Shown: positions 8,017 to 17,231 of the stretch, in pieces
Position numbering within the stretch: position 1 is the stretch's first letter
How the letters are laid out: the number at the start of each line of letters is the position of its first letter
DNA from: Aquifex aeolicus VF5
GTDB lineage: Bacteria > Aquificota > Aquificia > Aquificales > Aquificaceae
Assembly (NCBI RefSeq): GCF_000008625.1
Contig: NC_000918.1
Coordinates: 360,001 to 392,000, forward strand
Length of the DNA: 32,000 nucleotides
Reading direction: 5' to 3'
Translations under genes and position numbers: made by a program
The notes under the pieces: generated by a model
What the model saw: the letters and a program-made list of their open reading frames with translations, nothing else
What the model was told of the DNA's origin: nothing
The model's database searches: none

Positions 8017-9240
8017 ATGGACGTAATAAGTGAACTCGTAAAGAAAAACGGTTCAAAGATTCTCCTAATAGTTCTCGACGGTCTCGGAGGTCTTCCTGTA
8101 AAGGAGGGAAAAACGGAACTTGAACTAGCTAAAACTCCCAACCTTGACAAACTCGTGAAAAACTCAGCTACGGGACTCCACATTCCCGTGGATTGGGGAA
8201 TTACTCCCGGAAGCGGGCCAGGACACCTCGGTTTATTCGGATACGACCCCATAAAGTACCAGATAGGAAGGGGGATACTGGAAGCTTTAGGATTAGGGAT
8301 AGACGTAAAAGACACGGATATAGCTGTGAGGGGAAATTACGCAACCGTCGAGTACAGGAACGGAAAACCGATAGTGGTAGACAGGAGAGCGGGCAGAATC
8401 CCCACGGAAGAGAATAAAAGAATTACCGCAAAGCTCCAGGAAGCTATAAAGGAAATTGACGGCGTTCAGGTAATAATAAAGCCGGGAATGGAACACAGAC
8501 TCGCGATAGTCTTCAGGTTTCCCGAAAAACTGTCTCCCGGAAGCGACGCTATAAACGACACCGATCCTCAACAAGTCGGGAAAGAACCATTGGAACCCAA
8601 AGGTGAAAACCCAAATGCCGAAAAAGTTGCCGAAGTTGTTAGGAAGTTCATTCAAAGGGCAACGGAAATCTTAAGAAACGAGCCGAAAGCCAATTACATA
8701 CTCCTCAGGGGATTTTCCCAAAAACCTGACATTCCCACGATGGAGGAAAGGTTCGGAGTCAAACCCTGCTGTATAGCTGTTTACCCCATGTATAAGGGAC
8801 TAGCGAGCCTGGTGGGAATGGACGTTATAGAGTTTGAGGGAAGTACCATACAGGACGAGATAGATACCTTAAAGAAGGTCTGGAACGAGTACGATTACTT
8901 CTTCGTCCACATAAAGAAGACCGACTCCTACGGTGAGGACGGGAATTACGAAGGAAAGGTAAGTGTAATTGAAGACTTTGACGCTCATCTTCCCCAGTTT
9001 CTGGAATTAAAGCCAGACGTTCTGGCGATAACGGGGGACCACTCAACGCCCTCTATATTAAAGGGACACTCTTGGCATCCGGTACCTCTCCTCATACACT
9101 CCCCTTACGTGCTGGGAGGAACTTCCGAGAGGTTCACCGAGAGAGAATGTCTCAAAGGGGAACTCGGAATAATCCCCGCGGTGAAGATAACACAACTCCT
9201 TCTTGCAAACGCTCTTAGACTCAAGAAGTACGGAGCTTAA
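8017..9240 (+). CDS. apgM: Cofactor-independent phosphoglycerate mutase, archaeal type (ApgM)
   Basis: 407 aa. Motifs are [29 protein letters not shown] and [10 protein letters not shown], typical of the ApgM/metalloenzyme superfamily. Confidence 0.9.
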   Translation: MDVISELVKKNGSKILLIVLDGLGGLPVKEGKTELELAKTPNLDKLVKNSATGLHIPVDWGITPGSGPGHLGLFGYDPIKYQIGRGILEALGLGIDVKDTDIAVRGNYATVEYRNGKPIVVDRRAGRIPTEENKRITAKLQEAIKEIDGVQVIIKPGMEHRLAIVFRFPEKLSPGSDAINDTDPQQVGKEPLEPKGENPNAEKVAEVVRKFIQRATEILRNEPKANYILLRGFSQKPDIPTMEERFGVKPCCIAVYPMYKGLASLVGMDVIEFEGSTIQDEIDTLKKVWNEYDYFFVHIKKTDSYGEDGNYEGKVSVIEDFDAHLPQFLELKPDVLAITGDHSTPSILKGHSWHPVPLLIHSPYVLGGTSERFTERECLKGELGIIPAVKITQLLLANALRLKKYGA

Positions 9241-9241
9241 T

Positions 9242-9778
9242 ATGAAGGAGATAAGGGGAAAGAAGTTAAAACTTCTCTTGAAGGAAGAGGACATAAAGAG
9301 AAGGGTAAAGGAACTCGCTAAAGAGATTGAGAGCTCTTATTCCTGGGAGGAGCCCATAGTCGTGGTCGGGCTCCTCAAGGGCGCTTTTATATTCTTGGCA
9401 GACCTAGTCAGGGCTTTTGACAGGTTCGTGTTCGTGGAGTTTATGCAAGTCTCAAGCTACGGTAAGGGAATGAAGAGTTCTGGAACGATAAAGATAGTAA
9501 AGGATTTAGATATGGACATAGAAGGAAAGGAAGTTCTCCTCGTGGACGACATACTAGACACCGGACTCACTATGAAAGAAATTCACGACTACCTTCTGAT
9601 GAAGAAGCCGAAAGTTTTAAAGACGTGCGTGTTTTTAGACAAAAAGGAGAGGAGGAAGGTGGATTTTAACGCGGACTTTGTAGGTTTTGAAGTTCCAGAT
9701 AAATTTTTAGTGGGATACGGATTGGATTGGGGAGAATACGGGAGAAACCTCCCCGAAGTTTACATGGTAGAAGATTGA
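9242..9778 (+). CDS. hpt: Hypoxanthine(-guanine) phosphoribosyltransferase
   Basis: The track ORF starts at 9203 inside apgM. I prefer the ATG at 9242 (MKEIRGKK...), which has GGAG 6 nt upstream. The PRPP motif is VLLVDDILDTGLTM, and GLLKGAFIFLADL is present. Confidence 0.9.
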   Translation: MKEIRGKKLKLLLKEEDIKRRVKELAKEIESSYSWEEPIVVVGLLKGAFIFLADLVRAFDRFVFVEFMQVSSYGKGMKSSGTIKIVKDLDMDIEGKEVLLVDDILDTGLTMKEIHDYLLMKKPKVLKTCVFLDKKERRKVDFNADFVGFEVPDKFLVGYGLDWGEYGRNLPEVYMVED

Positions 9779-10959
9779 AAAAAATCAGCCCGCGAGGGCA
9801 AGATGTCCCTCACTATATCTTCTTGAAGGGTCTTGAAGTCCTGCCTGATTTCCGAGAACTTTTCAAGTAAATCCAAGTTCAGTTTTACTTGGTCTCCCTC
9901 CTTTATAAAGAGGTCGTAATTCTGAGCGAAGTTGTCTATCTCGTCGTAGTATCCTGGGTTCTTGTAAAGGTAGAAGATTTCGGGAAAGTACTTAGATAGT
10001 GTAAGGAATATCTTTTCCATGTCAACGTGTTTGTGGTTAACGTCAACGTCTATGAAGCCCCTCTTTTCCTTAATCCTTACCCTGTGCCCCGCCTTTTCTA
10101 CCGCCATTAAGCTCGCAAAAATGAGGGCTATTGTATCCACTAGGTCTATGTTTATAAAGTCGTCCCCGAGGAGGTCCCTCTTGAAGGCGTAAGTTATGTC
10201 TCCTTCTTTTTCGTCGTAGTAGTAAATGTGGTTGAGGCCTTCGGTGAAGGTTCTGTAGTGTTCGTACTCAACGTGGGCAATTCTCTCACCCGTTCTTCCG
10301 AAAACGCTAAAGTGAGTACTGGAAAGAAGGTAAGTTTGATAAGCTCCGTGTTCCGCCTTTATGTACTCGCCTTCGTAAAAGCCGTTTGCGAGCGTGTCAA
10401 GCTCATCCGTGAAGTAAATTACCTTATCCTCTGTTATTACCACCGGACCTTCATAATCCGCGAGAACCTTCCTCACATCAACGAGAGCCTTTTCCATAAC
10501 CTTTTCGCCGTCTTTCCTTATCTTGTAGAGCCAGTTTCCAGCACACACGTAAAGATAATCCTCTATCATGTCGAGGGTTTTTATAGGCTTTTCAAGAATG
10601 TCTGAGACCGCAAGCCTTTCTATTTTCGCCTTTTCAAACCTCTCCGCGTCCAGTTTGTATATACCCTCGTGGGTTATGAAGTAAACGTCCCTCAGATCGG
10701 AAGTAATATCAACGATCTCTTTTTCAAAGTCAATTTCCTCTGTCTGCCCGCTCCTCCTGTCCATTCTCATCAAATAAGTGGCTCCCGCACCGAAGAGGTA
10801 AAACCTCGTGTTCGTTAAAAGCGTAGGTGTTTCTGAGAGCTTTGCGGATTGCCACACTACCTTCTTTTCACCTTTCTCTATCCAGTCCTTCTTGGATATA
10901 CCTTCCACTCTGTAGTTTCTCGAGATAAAAACCCTTTCTCCGTCCGTGTACATCTGCAT
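9760..10959 (-). CDS. Hypothetical protein (399 aa), no family recognised
   Basis: This is a long ORF with a strong SD (AGGAGG 9 nt upstream of the ATG at 10959). The N-terminal roughly 260 aa are beta-rich and look repeat-like; the C-terminal roughly 130 aa are helical. There is no signal peptide. Confidence 0.6.
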   Translation of the reverse strand: MQMYTDGERVFISRNYRVEGISKKDWIEKGEKKVVWQSAKLSETPTLLTNTRFYLFGAGATYLMRMDRRSGQTEEIDFEKEIVDITSDLRDVYFITHEGIYKLDAERFEKAKIERLAVSDILEKPIKTLDMIEDYLYVCAGNWLYKIRKDGEKVMEKALVDVRKVLADYEGPVVITEDKVIYFTDELDTLANGFYEGEYIKAEHGAYQTYLLSSTHFSVFGRTGERIAHVEYEHYRTFTEGLNHIYYYDEKEGDITYAFKRDLLGDDFINIDLVDTIALIFASLMAVEKAGHRVRIKEKRGFIDVDVNHKHVDMEKIFLTLSKYFPEIFYLYKNPGYYDEIDNFAQNYDLFIKEGDQVKLNLDLLEKFSEIRQDFKTLQEDIVRDILPSRADFFQSSTM

Positions 10960-11022
10960 TCTTTTGCCCCTCCTTGTGGAGTTTTAGGACTTCTTTTATT
11001 TTAACGTATATTTTTATTTCTT

Positions 11023-12092
11023 ATGGTTATCAGGGAAGCGGTGAAGGAGACTCTCAAAGAACTCATAAGGATTCCGAGCGTATCTGGAAAGGAAAAGGGA
11101 GTGCTGGAGTACGTAGAAAACAGACTCAAAAGCCTTGGTATTCCTCTAAAGAGACAGGAAATAGAAAAGGACAGGTATAACCTCGTTTACGACAACGGTT
11201 CGGAGTACCTGATTTCAGTTCACGTAGACACTGTACCGCCTGCAGGTTTCAGGGACGCTTACAGGCCGAAGGAGGTAAACGGAAGGATTTACGGGAGGGG
11301 AGCGAGCGACGTTAAAGGCGCAATAGCGAGCTTAATTACCGCGGTTGAGTGGTTCAAAAAGGATTTTCCCGAAAAGGAACTGCCCGTTTCCCTTGCTTTT
11401 GTCGTTGACGAGGAACAAAACACGGCCCTTGGTTCTGAAAACTTGCCAAAGTGTCTAAACGGAAAGAGGAAGTGTATAGTCCTTGAACCCACTTATGGGC
11501 TCGTTTGCACGAAGCAGTATGGAGCTTACGAGTTTTCGGTAAAGATAAAGTGCAAATCCGCCCACGGTTCTGAGTTCGAAAAGGTTGAAAATCCCGTAAA
11601 GGTATTTATAAAACTCCTAAACAAACTCGAAGAAGTCCTGAAAAGGGAAGTAAACGTAATAATGGTAAGGAGCGGCACGAAAGTCTACACCGTTCCCAAA
11701 ACCTGTGAAGCTCTCCTAGAGTTTAAGGTTTTTGAAGGGGAAAGGAAGGAAGAGCTTGAGAAGAAGGTTCAAGAGGTGGTGAGTGCTTTAAACACAGAGT
11801 GTGAAATCACTGTAAAACTGGAAGGCTTTGAGGAGTTTCAGGAGTTCAACACGGACGGACTATTAGATGTGGTTAAAAAGGCTCTTTTAAAAGGTGGAAG
11901 GAGAAGCAAAAGGAAGGGATAATGCCTTCCTGGACTCATGCGAGCAATTACCATAAGGCGGGATACACTGCCTGGCTTTTGGTTACCGGAAGCCTTATAG
12001 ACAGTCACACGGACAGGGAGAGTATATCCTTAGATGAGCTGGAAAAGTTTACGAAGTTTTTCTACGAGCTCTTTAAAGAGTTATCTCCTTAG
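11023..12092 (+). CDS. M20 family metallo-deacylase (ArgE/DapE/LysK-like), broken into a 299-aa ORF (11023..11922) plus an unlisted 56-codon ORF (11922..12092) in another frame
   Basis: Motifs in the long ORF are [24 protein letters not shown] and VVDEEQN. My translation from the ATG at 11922 gives [56 protein letters not shown]. This matches the M20 C-terminal block (TDA...GPGS...AH..DE). Confidence 0.75.
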
Positions 12093-12761
12093 CTCTTTTC
12101 TCCTCACTACCTGCAGAAGGTTGTGGGCGAGTCTCGTTGGCTCGGGAACTCTGTACTTGGAAGTTTTGAGAACGAGGTCAATAGCTGTTTTCAAACTTAT
12201 CCTGTGGCCCACGGAGACGTAAACGGGTGCTGTGTTGTCTTTTGTCCTCACAACCGCTCCTATAATCTTTCCTTTGTACTTCAAATATGTGTAGCTTCCC
12301 CTTTGAGGAGCTGGTTCTTTTGCATATCCGAAGAGCTTTGATTTAGCAACACCTACGGTAACCTCACCCGTCTCAACTCCGAAGTGTGAGGCAATACCGC
12401 AACCCCTCGGGTGGGCGATCCCCTGACCGTCTATAAAGTAAACGTCGGGCTTTACCTTTGCGGTTTCGTAGAGTTTTAAAAGAAGGGGCATCTCACGAAA
12501 GGCCAGAAATGTAGGAATGTAGGGAAAGTCTACAATGTCTTTCACAACGTGCTGGTAAACGGGTTTTAGCGTTTTTAACTCAACTACCACGAGGCTTGCC
12601 CAGGCACGGGTGGGGTTTTCGTTTATCTTTTCAAAGGTGAGATCCATACCCCCTATTGTTTCTACCTTCTCAAAGTCATCCCTAGCTATTACCTTTTTCG
12701 CACACTCTAATTGTATTTTCTTTAACTTTTCAAGTAATTCAGTGTTTACTTCTTTACTAAT
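12081..12761 (-). CDS. nfi: Endonuclease V; 5' boundary uncertain (first ATG at 12647, homology continues upstream, candidate ATT start at 12761)
   Basis: Motifs are [12 protein letters not shown] (wedge), [29 protein letters not shown] and VPEPTRLAH. The upstream in-frame translation ...[36 protein letters not shown] aligns with the N-termini of E. coli and Thermotoga EndoV. Confidence 0.85.
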
Positions 12762-13339
12762 TTCCTCTCCTCCGCCAGTTCGAGGAAGTTCTTAAGGATT
12801 TCCATTCCGTGTTCCGAGAGCACAGACTCGGGGTGGAACTGAACCCCGTAAACGGGGTACTCTTTGTGCTCAATACCCATGATTTCTTCATCGTCGGACC
12901 AAGCGGTTATCTTTAATTCCTCAGGAAGAGTATTTTTATCTATAACCAGGGAGTGATACCTTACCGCGGTAAAGGGGGAGGGAAGGTTCTTGAAGACTCC
13001 TTCTCCCGTGTGGAATATCTGCGAAGTCTTCCCGTGCATTAATCTCTTTGCCCTCACTATCTTCGCACCGAAGGCATAACCTATGGACTGGTGTCCGAGG
13101 CAAACCCCGAGAATAGGGTATTCTTTGTAATAAGTTTTTATCAAGGGAACGGATATTCCCGCTTCCTTCGGAGTGCAGGGTCCCGGAGAAATTACTATGG
13201 CGTCGGGGTTTATTTCCCTTACTTCTTCGAGTCTTATCTGGTCGTTTCTCCTCACGATAACATCTGCACCCAAGGATCCTAAATACTGAACCAAGTTGTA
13301 GGTAAAGCTGTCGTAATTGTCTATCATTAAAACCTTCAT
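12746..13339 (-). CDS. trpG: Anthranilate/aminodeoxychorismate synthase component II (class I glutamine amidotransferase)
   Basis: 197 aa. Motifs are [23 protein letters not shown] (catalytic Cys) and QFHPES. The start overlaps the nuoCD stop as ATGA. Confidence 0.9.
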
Positions 13340-15117
13340 CTGTCCGTTTCTCCCACAACTGGGTCAATGCTTGCAAGAATAGTCACCGCGTCGGCCACGT
13401 ACCTGTCCTTCATAAGGTGAGGGTATATACACAGATTGTAGTAAGAGGGTGGTCTGATTTTTACTCTGTAGGGAGACGTTCCGCCTGTAGAAACCACGTA
13501 AAATCCGAGTTCTCCACGCGGGTTTTCTCCCGAGGAGTATATCTCGCCCACGGGAGCTTTCACACCTATCCCGTCAAGGGAGAGTTTTAACTTCTTTCCT
13601 TCCCCTTCGTAGAAGAAGGGCTCGTTCTTGGACATCTTCTCAAGCTTTGCCACACACTGCTCAATTATCCTTATACTTTGCTTCATCTCCTCTATACGAA
13701 CGAGATACCTGTCGTAGCAGTCCCCTATCTCGCCCACGGGAATGTCAAACTCAACCTCGTCGTACGCGTCGTAAGGTTCAAACTTTCTTATGTCGTAGGG
13801 AATTCCTGAACCCCTGATTACGGGTCCGGTGACGCCGTGGAAGTAGGCGTCCTCTTTTGAAATTATTCCCACTTCTTTGTTCCTCCTGAGCCATATCCTG
13901 TTTCTCGTGAGTATAGTCTCCCAATCTTTTAGTTCTTCGGGGAACTTCTTTATGAAAGCCTTTATAACTTCAAGGGCTCCCTCCGGAAGGTCCATTCTAA
14001 CCCCGCCTATCCTCGGGTAAGAAATAGTGAGCCGTGCCCCCGTTATTCCCTCAATTATGTCCATTATCTTTTCCCTTTCCTTGAAGGCGTAGAGGAATAT
14101 GGTGAGAGCTCCGAGGTCCAGGGCATACGTTCCGAGCCAGAGCAGGTGGGAGTTAATCCTCTGGAGTTCAGACATCATTGTTCTTATGTACTTGGCTTTC
14201 GGCGGGACCTTGTCGTGTATGCCCATGAGCCTTTCTATGGCAACTACCCAAGCCTGATTGGAACAAAGGGCGGACAGGTAGTCCATACGATCTGTGTAAA
14301 CGAGGAACTGGTTGTACATCTCGTGCTCTGCGAGTTTCTCAACACCCCTGTGGAGCTGTCCGAGTATTACGTCGGTCTGAACTATTCTTTCACCTTCAAG
14401 GTCGAATAAGAACCACATAGTTCCGTGGGTTCCTGGGTGAAGGGGTCCCCAGTTGAGAACTATCTGAGCCTTTTTCTTGAGTCTCTTCTTTTCCGTAACC
14501 TCAAGGTCTTCAAGCGTAGGAACGCGGGTGTGCATCCTGTCGTAATTCATAAGTCCTTCGAGGTTGTCTCCGAAGACTACTTCGTTCAGAGATGGAAGTT
14601 CCTGCTCGGGTATTCCTTCAAGGGGGAAGTCTTTTCTTAAGGGAAAGTAAGGGTATGTATCCCACATAAAGGCACGAACGAGGTTTTCGTGTCCCTCGTA
14701 CTCTATTCCGAACATGTCGTAGCATTCTCTTTCCGCCCACTTGCCCGCAAACCAGAGTTTTTCTATTGTGGGGAGTTTGCCGTTCGTTCTCGTCTTTACT
14801 ATTACCCTCTTCCTTTCGTCCACGTTGTAGAGTATGTAAAAGGCCTGAAAACGGGATTCCCTGTCTTCGGGAAATGCTATGAGGTTTTGTTTGACTACCT
14901 TGTTGAACTCCTTCTCGTTTTCTAGTAAATCCTTTAGATCAACCACGGAGTGATCCAGGAATAGTTTGTACCCTAGTTTTTCCTTTAAATACTTGAGGAC
15001 ATCTATTAGAATATCCTTAGGAACGATAACGCTTGTGGAGTTCTGGAGTTCCACTACGCTTGCCTGCGGAAAGGCTTTTAAGAGTTCCTGAAGGTCTCCT
15101 TCCTTAGCCCACGGCAT
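13336..15117 (-). CDS. nuoCD: NADH-quinone oxidoreductase fused subunit C/D
   Basis: 593 aa. The N-terminal roughly 190 aa are NuoC-like ([15 protein letters not shown]). The remainder is NuoD-like ([11 protein letters not shown]...[10 protein letters not shown]...VVGETDR). GGGAGG SD lies upstream of the ATG at 15117. Confidence 0.9.
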   Translation of the reverse strand: MPWAKEGDLQELLKAFPQASVVELQNSTSVIVPKDILIDVLKYLKEKLGYKLFLDHSVVDLKDLLENEKEFNKVVKQNLIAFPEDRESRFQAFYILYNVDERKRVIVKTRTNGKLPTIEKLWFAGKWAERECYDMFGIEYEGHENLVRAFMWDTYPYFPLRKDFPLEGIPEQELPSLNEVVFGDNLEGLMNYDRMHTRVPTLEDLEVTEKKRLKKKAQIVLNWGPLHPGTHGTMWFLFDLEGERIVQTDVILGQLHRGVEKLAEHEMYNQFLVYTDRMDYLSALCSNQAWVVAIERLMGIHDKVPPKAKYIRTMMSELQRINSHLLWLGTYALDLGALTIFLYAFKEREKIMDIIEGITGARLTISYPRIGGVRMDLPEGALEVIKAFIKKFPEELKDWETILTRNRIWLRRNKEVGIISKEDAYFHGVTGPVIRGSGIPYDIRKFEPYDAYDEVEFDIPVGEIGDCYDRYLVRIEEMKQSIRIIEQCVAKLEKMSKNEPFFYEGEGKKLKLSLDGIGVKAPVGEIYSSGENPRGELGFYVVSTGGTSPYRVKIRPPSYYNLCIYPHLMKDRYVADAVTILASIDPVVGETDR

Positions 15118-15160
15118 TCTCTTCCTCCCTGAAATTAAACCTTTATTAATAATAACGACT

Positions 15161-16495
15161 TTAAAACAAAACTTCTATGGCTTCCTGAATGTGGGAAACA
15201 GGGTATATCTCCATTCCATCTATCTCTATTTCAAGACTCTTAGGAATTAAAGCTTTTTTAAAACCAAAGCGTTTTGCTTCTTTGAGTCTGAGGTCTCCGA
15301 AGTGAACCGCCCTTATCTCTCCCGAAAGTCCCACCTCCCCGAATATTACGAAGTCTTTCGGCACTTCCTTCTCTTTCTTTGAAGAGACTACCGCCATGGC
15401 AACGGCGAGGTCCGCAGCGGGTTCCTTTACGCTCATTCCTCCCGCAACGTTCACAAAAACGTCCTGGTCTCTCGTGAAGATCTTCGCCTCCTTTTCAAGA
15501 ACTGCAAGGATAAGGGCAAGTCTGTTCGGGTCAAAGCCTTGAGTTCTCCTTTGAGGAGTTGTGTAGAGGGCTGGAATTACGAGGGCCTGAACCTCTAAAA
15601 GCACGGGTTTGCTCCCTTCTGTGTGGGGAAACACAACACTTCCGGGGGCGTTTGCCTTTTCGCTTATAAAGAAGGCTGAGGGCTCCGGAACTTCTTCTAA
15701 GCCTTTGTCCGTCATCTTAAATACGGCAATTTCTCCCGTAGAACCGAACCTGTTTTTAATTACTTTAACTATCCTGTAGAAGTTGAACCTCTCTCCCTCA
15801 AACTGTAAAACGGTGTCCACTATGTGCTCGAGAACCTTAGGACCCGCTATACTTCCCTCTTTCGTTATCTGACCCACGATAAAGGCGGGAACGTTTTTCT
15901 CTTTACAGAATTCCGTTATCCTGTAGGTGACTTCCCTTACTTGACTAACAGAACCTGCGGAGCTCTCCAACCTTTCGGAAAATATTGTCTGAACGGAGTC
16001 AAGCACCAAAAGAGAAGGCTTTTCCTTTTCTAAAGTTTGCAAGATTTTCTCAAGGTTTACCTCGGGGTAAACGAGGAGGTTTTCGTTGTTTATTCCGAGC
16101 CTTTTTGCCCTGAGGGCTATCTGTGTTCCCGATTCCTCTCCCGACACGTACAGGACCTTCTTCCCGTTTGCAACCCTGTCAGAAATCTGGAGGAGTAGGG
16201 TTGACTTCCCTATTCCCGGCTCTCCCGCAATGAGTATTACCTGACCCTTTACGAGTCCTCCTCCGAGGGCGTTGTCAAGGCTTTCAAAGCCAGTGGTCTC
16301 CCTCTCGTGTTCTTCCTTTTCCCAATCGGTGACGGGAAGGACTAAAGAGGGTTCCTTTTTTACCAGAGAAAAACTTTGAGGTTCGAATTCTTCCACTAAG
16401 GTGTTCCACTCACCGCAAGAAGGACACTTTCCGAGCCACTTTACGGACTTGTAACCGCACTCCTGACATACGTAAGCGGTCTTGTTTTTTCCCAT
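15161..16495 (-). CDS. radA: DNA repair protein RadA/Sms
   Basis: 444 aa. It has a CxxC...CxxC zinc finger (YVCQECGY...CPSCGEW), Walker A GEPGIGKST, the KNRFG motif and a Lon-like C-terminal domain. Confidence 0.95.
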   Translation of the reverse strand: MGKNKTAYVCQECGYKSVKWLGKCPSCGEWNTLVEEFEPQSFSLVKKEPSLVLPVTDWEKEEHERETTGFESLDNALGGGLVKGQVILIAGEPGIGKSTLLLQISDRVANGKKVLYVSGEESGTQIALRAKRLGINNENLLVYPEVNLEKILQTLEKEKPSLLVLDSVQTIFSERLESSAGSVSQVREVTYRITEFCKEKNVPAFIVGQITKEGSIAGPKVLEHIVDTVLQFEGERFNFYRIVKVIKNRFGSTGEIAVFKMTDKGLEEVPEPSAFFISEKANAPGSVVFPHTEGSKPVLLEVQALVIPALYTTPQRRTQGFDPNRLALILAVLEKEAKIFTRDQDVFVNVAGGMSVKEPAADLAVAMAVVSSKKEKEVPKDFVIFGEVGLSGEIRAVHFGDLRLKEAKRFGFKKALIPKSLEIEIDGMEIYPVSHIQEAIEVLF

Positions 16496-16503
16496 TAGAA
16501 GGT

Positions 16504-17223
16504 TTAAGATATTTCGCTTTTCACAAGCATCAATTCCCTTATAAGTGTTGCAGGCTCAACTTCCTTCGGGCACGCGTTGTTACACTTGTTACACGAAAGA
16601 CAGTGGTAAAGGTGTCCTTCAAGGGCTTCTTTTATCCTGAATTCTTTGTCTTCTTCTCTTGGGTCCTCCAAAAACCTGTATATCTTTGCAAAAAATAAGG
16701 GACCGGCGTATTCCTCTTCCAGAACCTGAGGGCAGTAGGACTGGCAGGCGGAGCAGAGTATGCAGTCCGCCCCCTTTTCTATCTTTTTATTGACTTCGGG
16801 TGGTATTCTTACCTCTCCCTGATACTCCTTTATCCACGTTCTGAACTTCTTCATTCTGTTTATGACTTCTTCGTTGTCCACGACGAGGTCCCTTATCACC
16901 TCGAATTTATCGAGAGGCTCAACGGTTACAATTTGTTCCGAAAGGACGTAAGGGAGCGTTTGCTCTTTGCAAGCAAGCTTTGGAAATCCGTCTATAAAAA
17001 CGGTGCACGTTCCGCAAATTCCCGCTCTGCAAAAAGCCCTAAAAGAAAAGCTCGGATCTATCTCTTCCTTTATCTTTTGAAAAGCCCTTAAGAACGTCAT
17101 TCCTTCTTCGTATGGAACTTCAAAGTAATCGTATTTCCTCTCTCCCGTTTCGGGGTTATACCTGAAGACCTTCAACTTCAAATGCATAAATAACATTTTT
17201 AGTCTGGGGGATAAATTTTTCAA
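16504..17223 (-). CDS. frdB: Succinate dehydrogenase/fumarate reductase iron-sulfur subunit
   Basis: There are three Cys clusters: CRAGICGTCTV...C, CILCSACQSYCP and CLSCNKCNNACP. The track start at 17223 is TTG; ATG alternatives lie at 17196 and 17187 (MHLKLKVFRYNPE...). Confidence 0.85.
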   Translation of the reverse strand: MKNLSPRLKMLFMHLKLKVFRYNPETGERKYDYFEVPYEEGMTFLRAFQKIKEEIDPSFSFRAFCRAGICGTCTVFIDGFPKLACKEQTLPYVLSEQIVTVEPLDKFEVIRDLVVDNEEVINRMKKFRTWIKEYQGEVRIPPEVNKKIEKGADCILCSACQSYCPQVLEEEYAGPLFFAKIYRFLEDPREEDKEFRIKEALEGHLYHCLSCNKCNNACPKEVEPATLIRELMLVKSEIS

Positions 17224-17231
17224 ACGGAATT

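Noticed and set aside
9778-9799. A-run followed by GCCC-GCGA-GGGC hairpin just after the hpt stop; on the minus strand it reads as a hairpin plus T-run, which is terminator-like
   Set aside because: The stem is only 4 bp, which is implausibly weak for a hyperthermophile. For hpt the A/T tract is on the wrong side. For the minus-strand gene the element lies about 10 codons before its own stop codon.
12936-13376. 146-aa ORF on the same strand as trpG in another frame, spanning the nuoCD/trpG junction
   Set aside because: The translation is Arg/Ser/Leu-rich and typical of an off-frame read of a real gene. trpG and nuoCD fully explain the region with strong family motifs.
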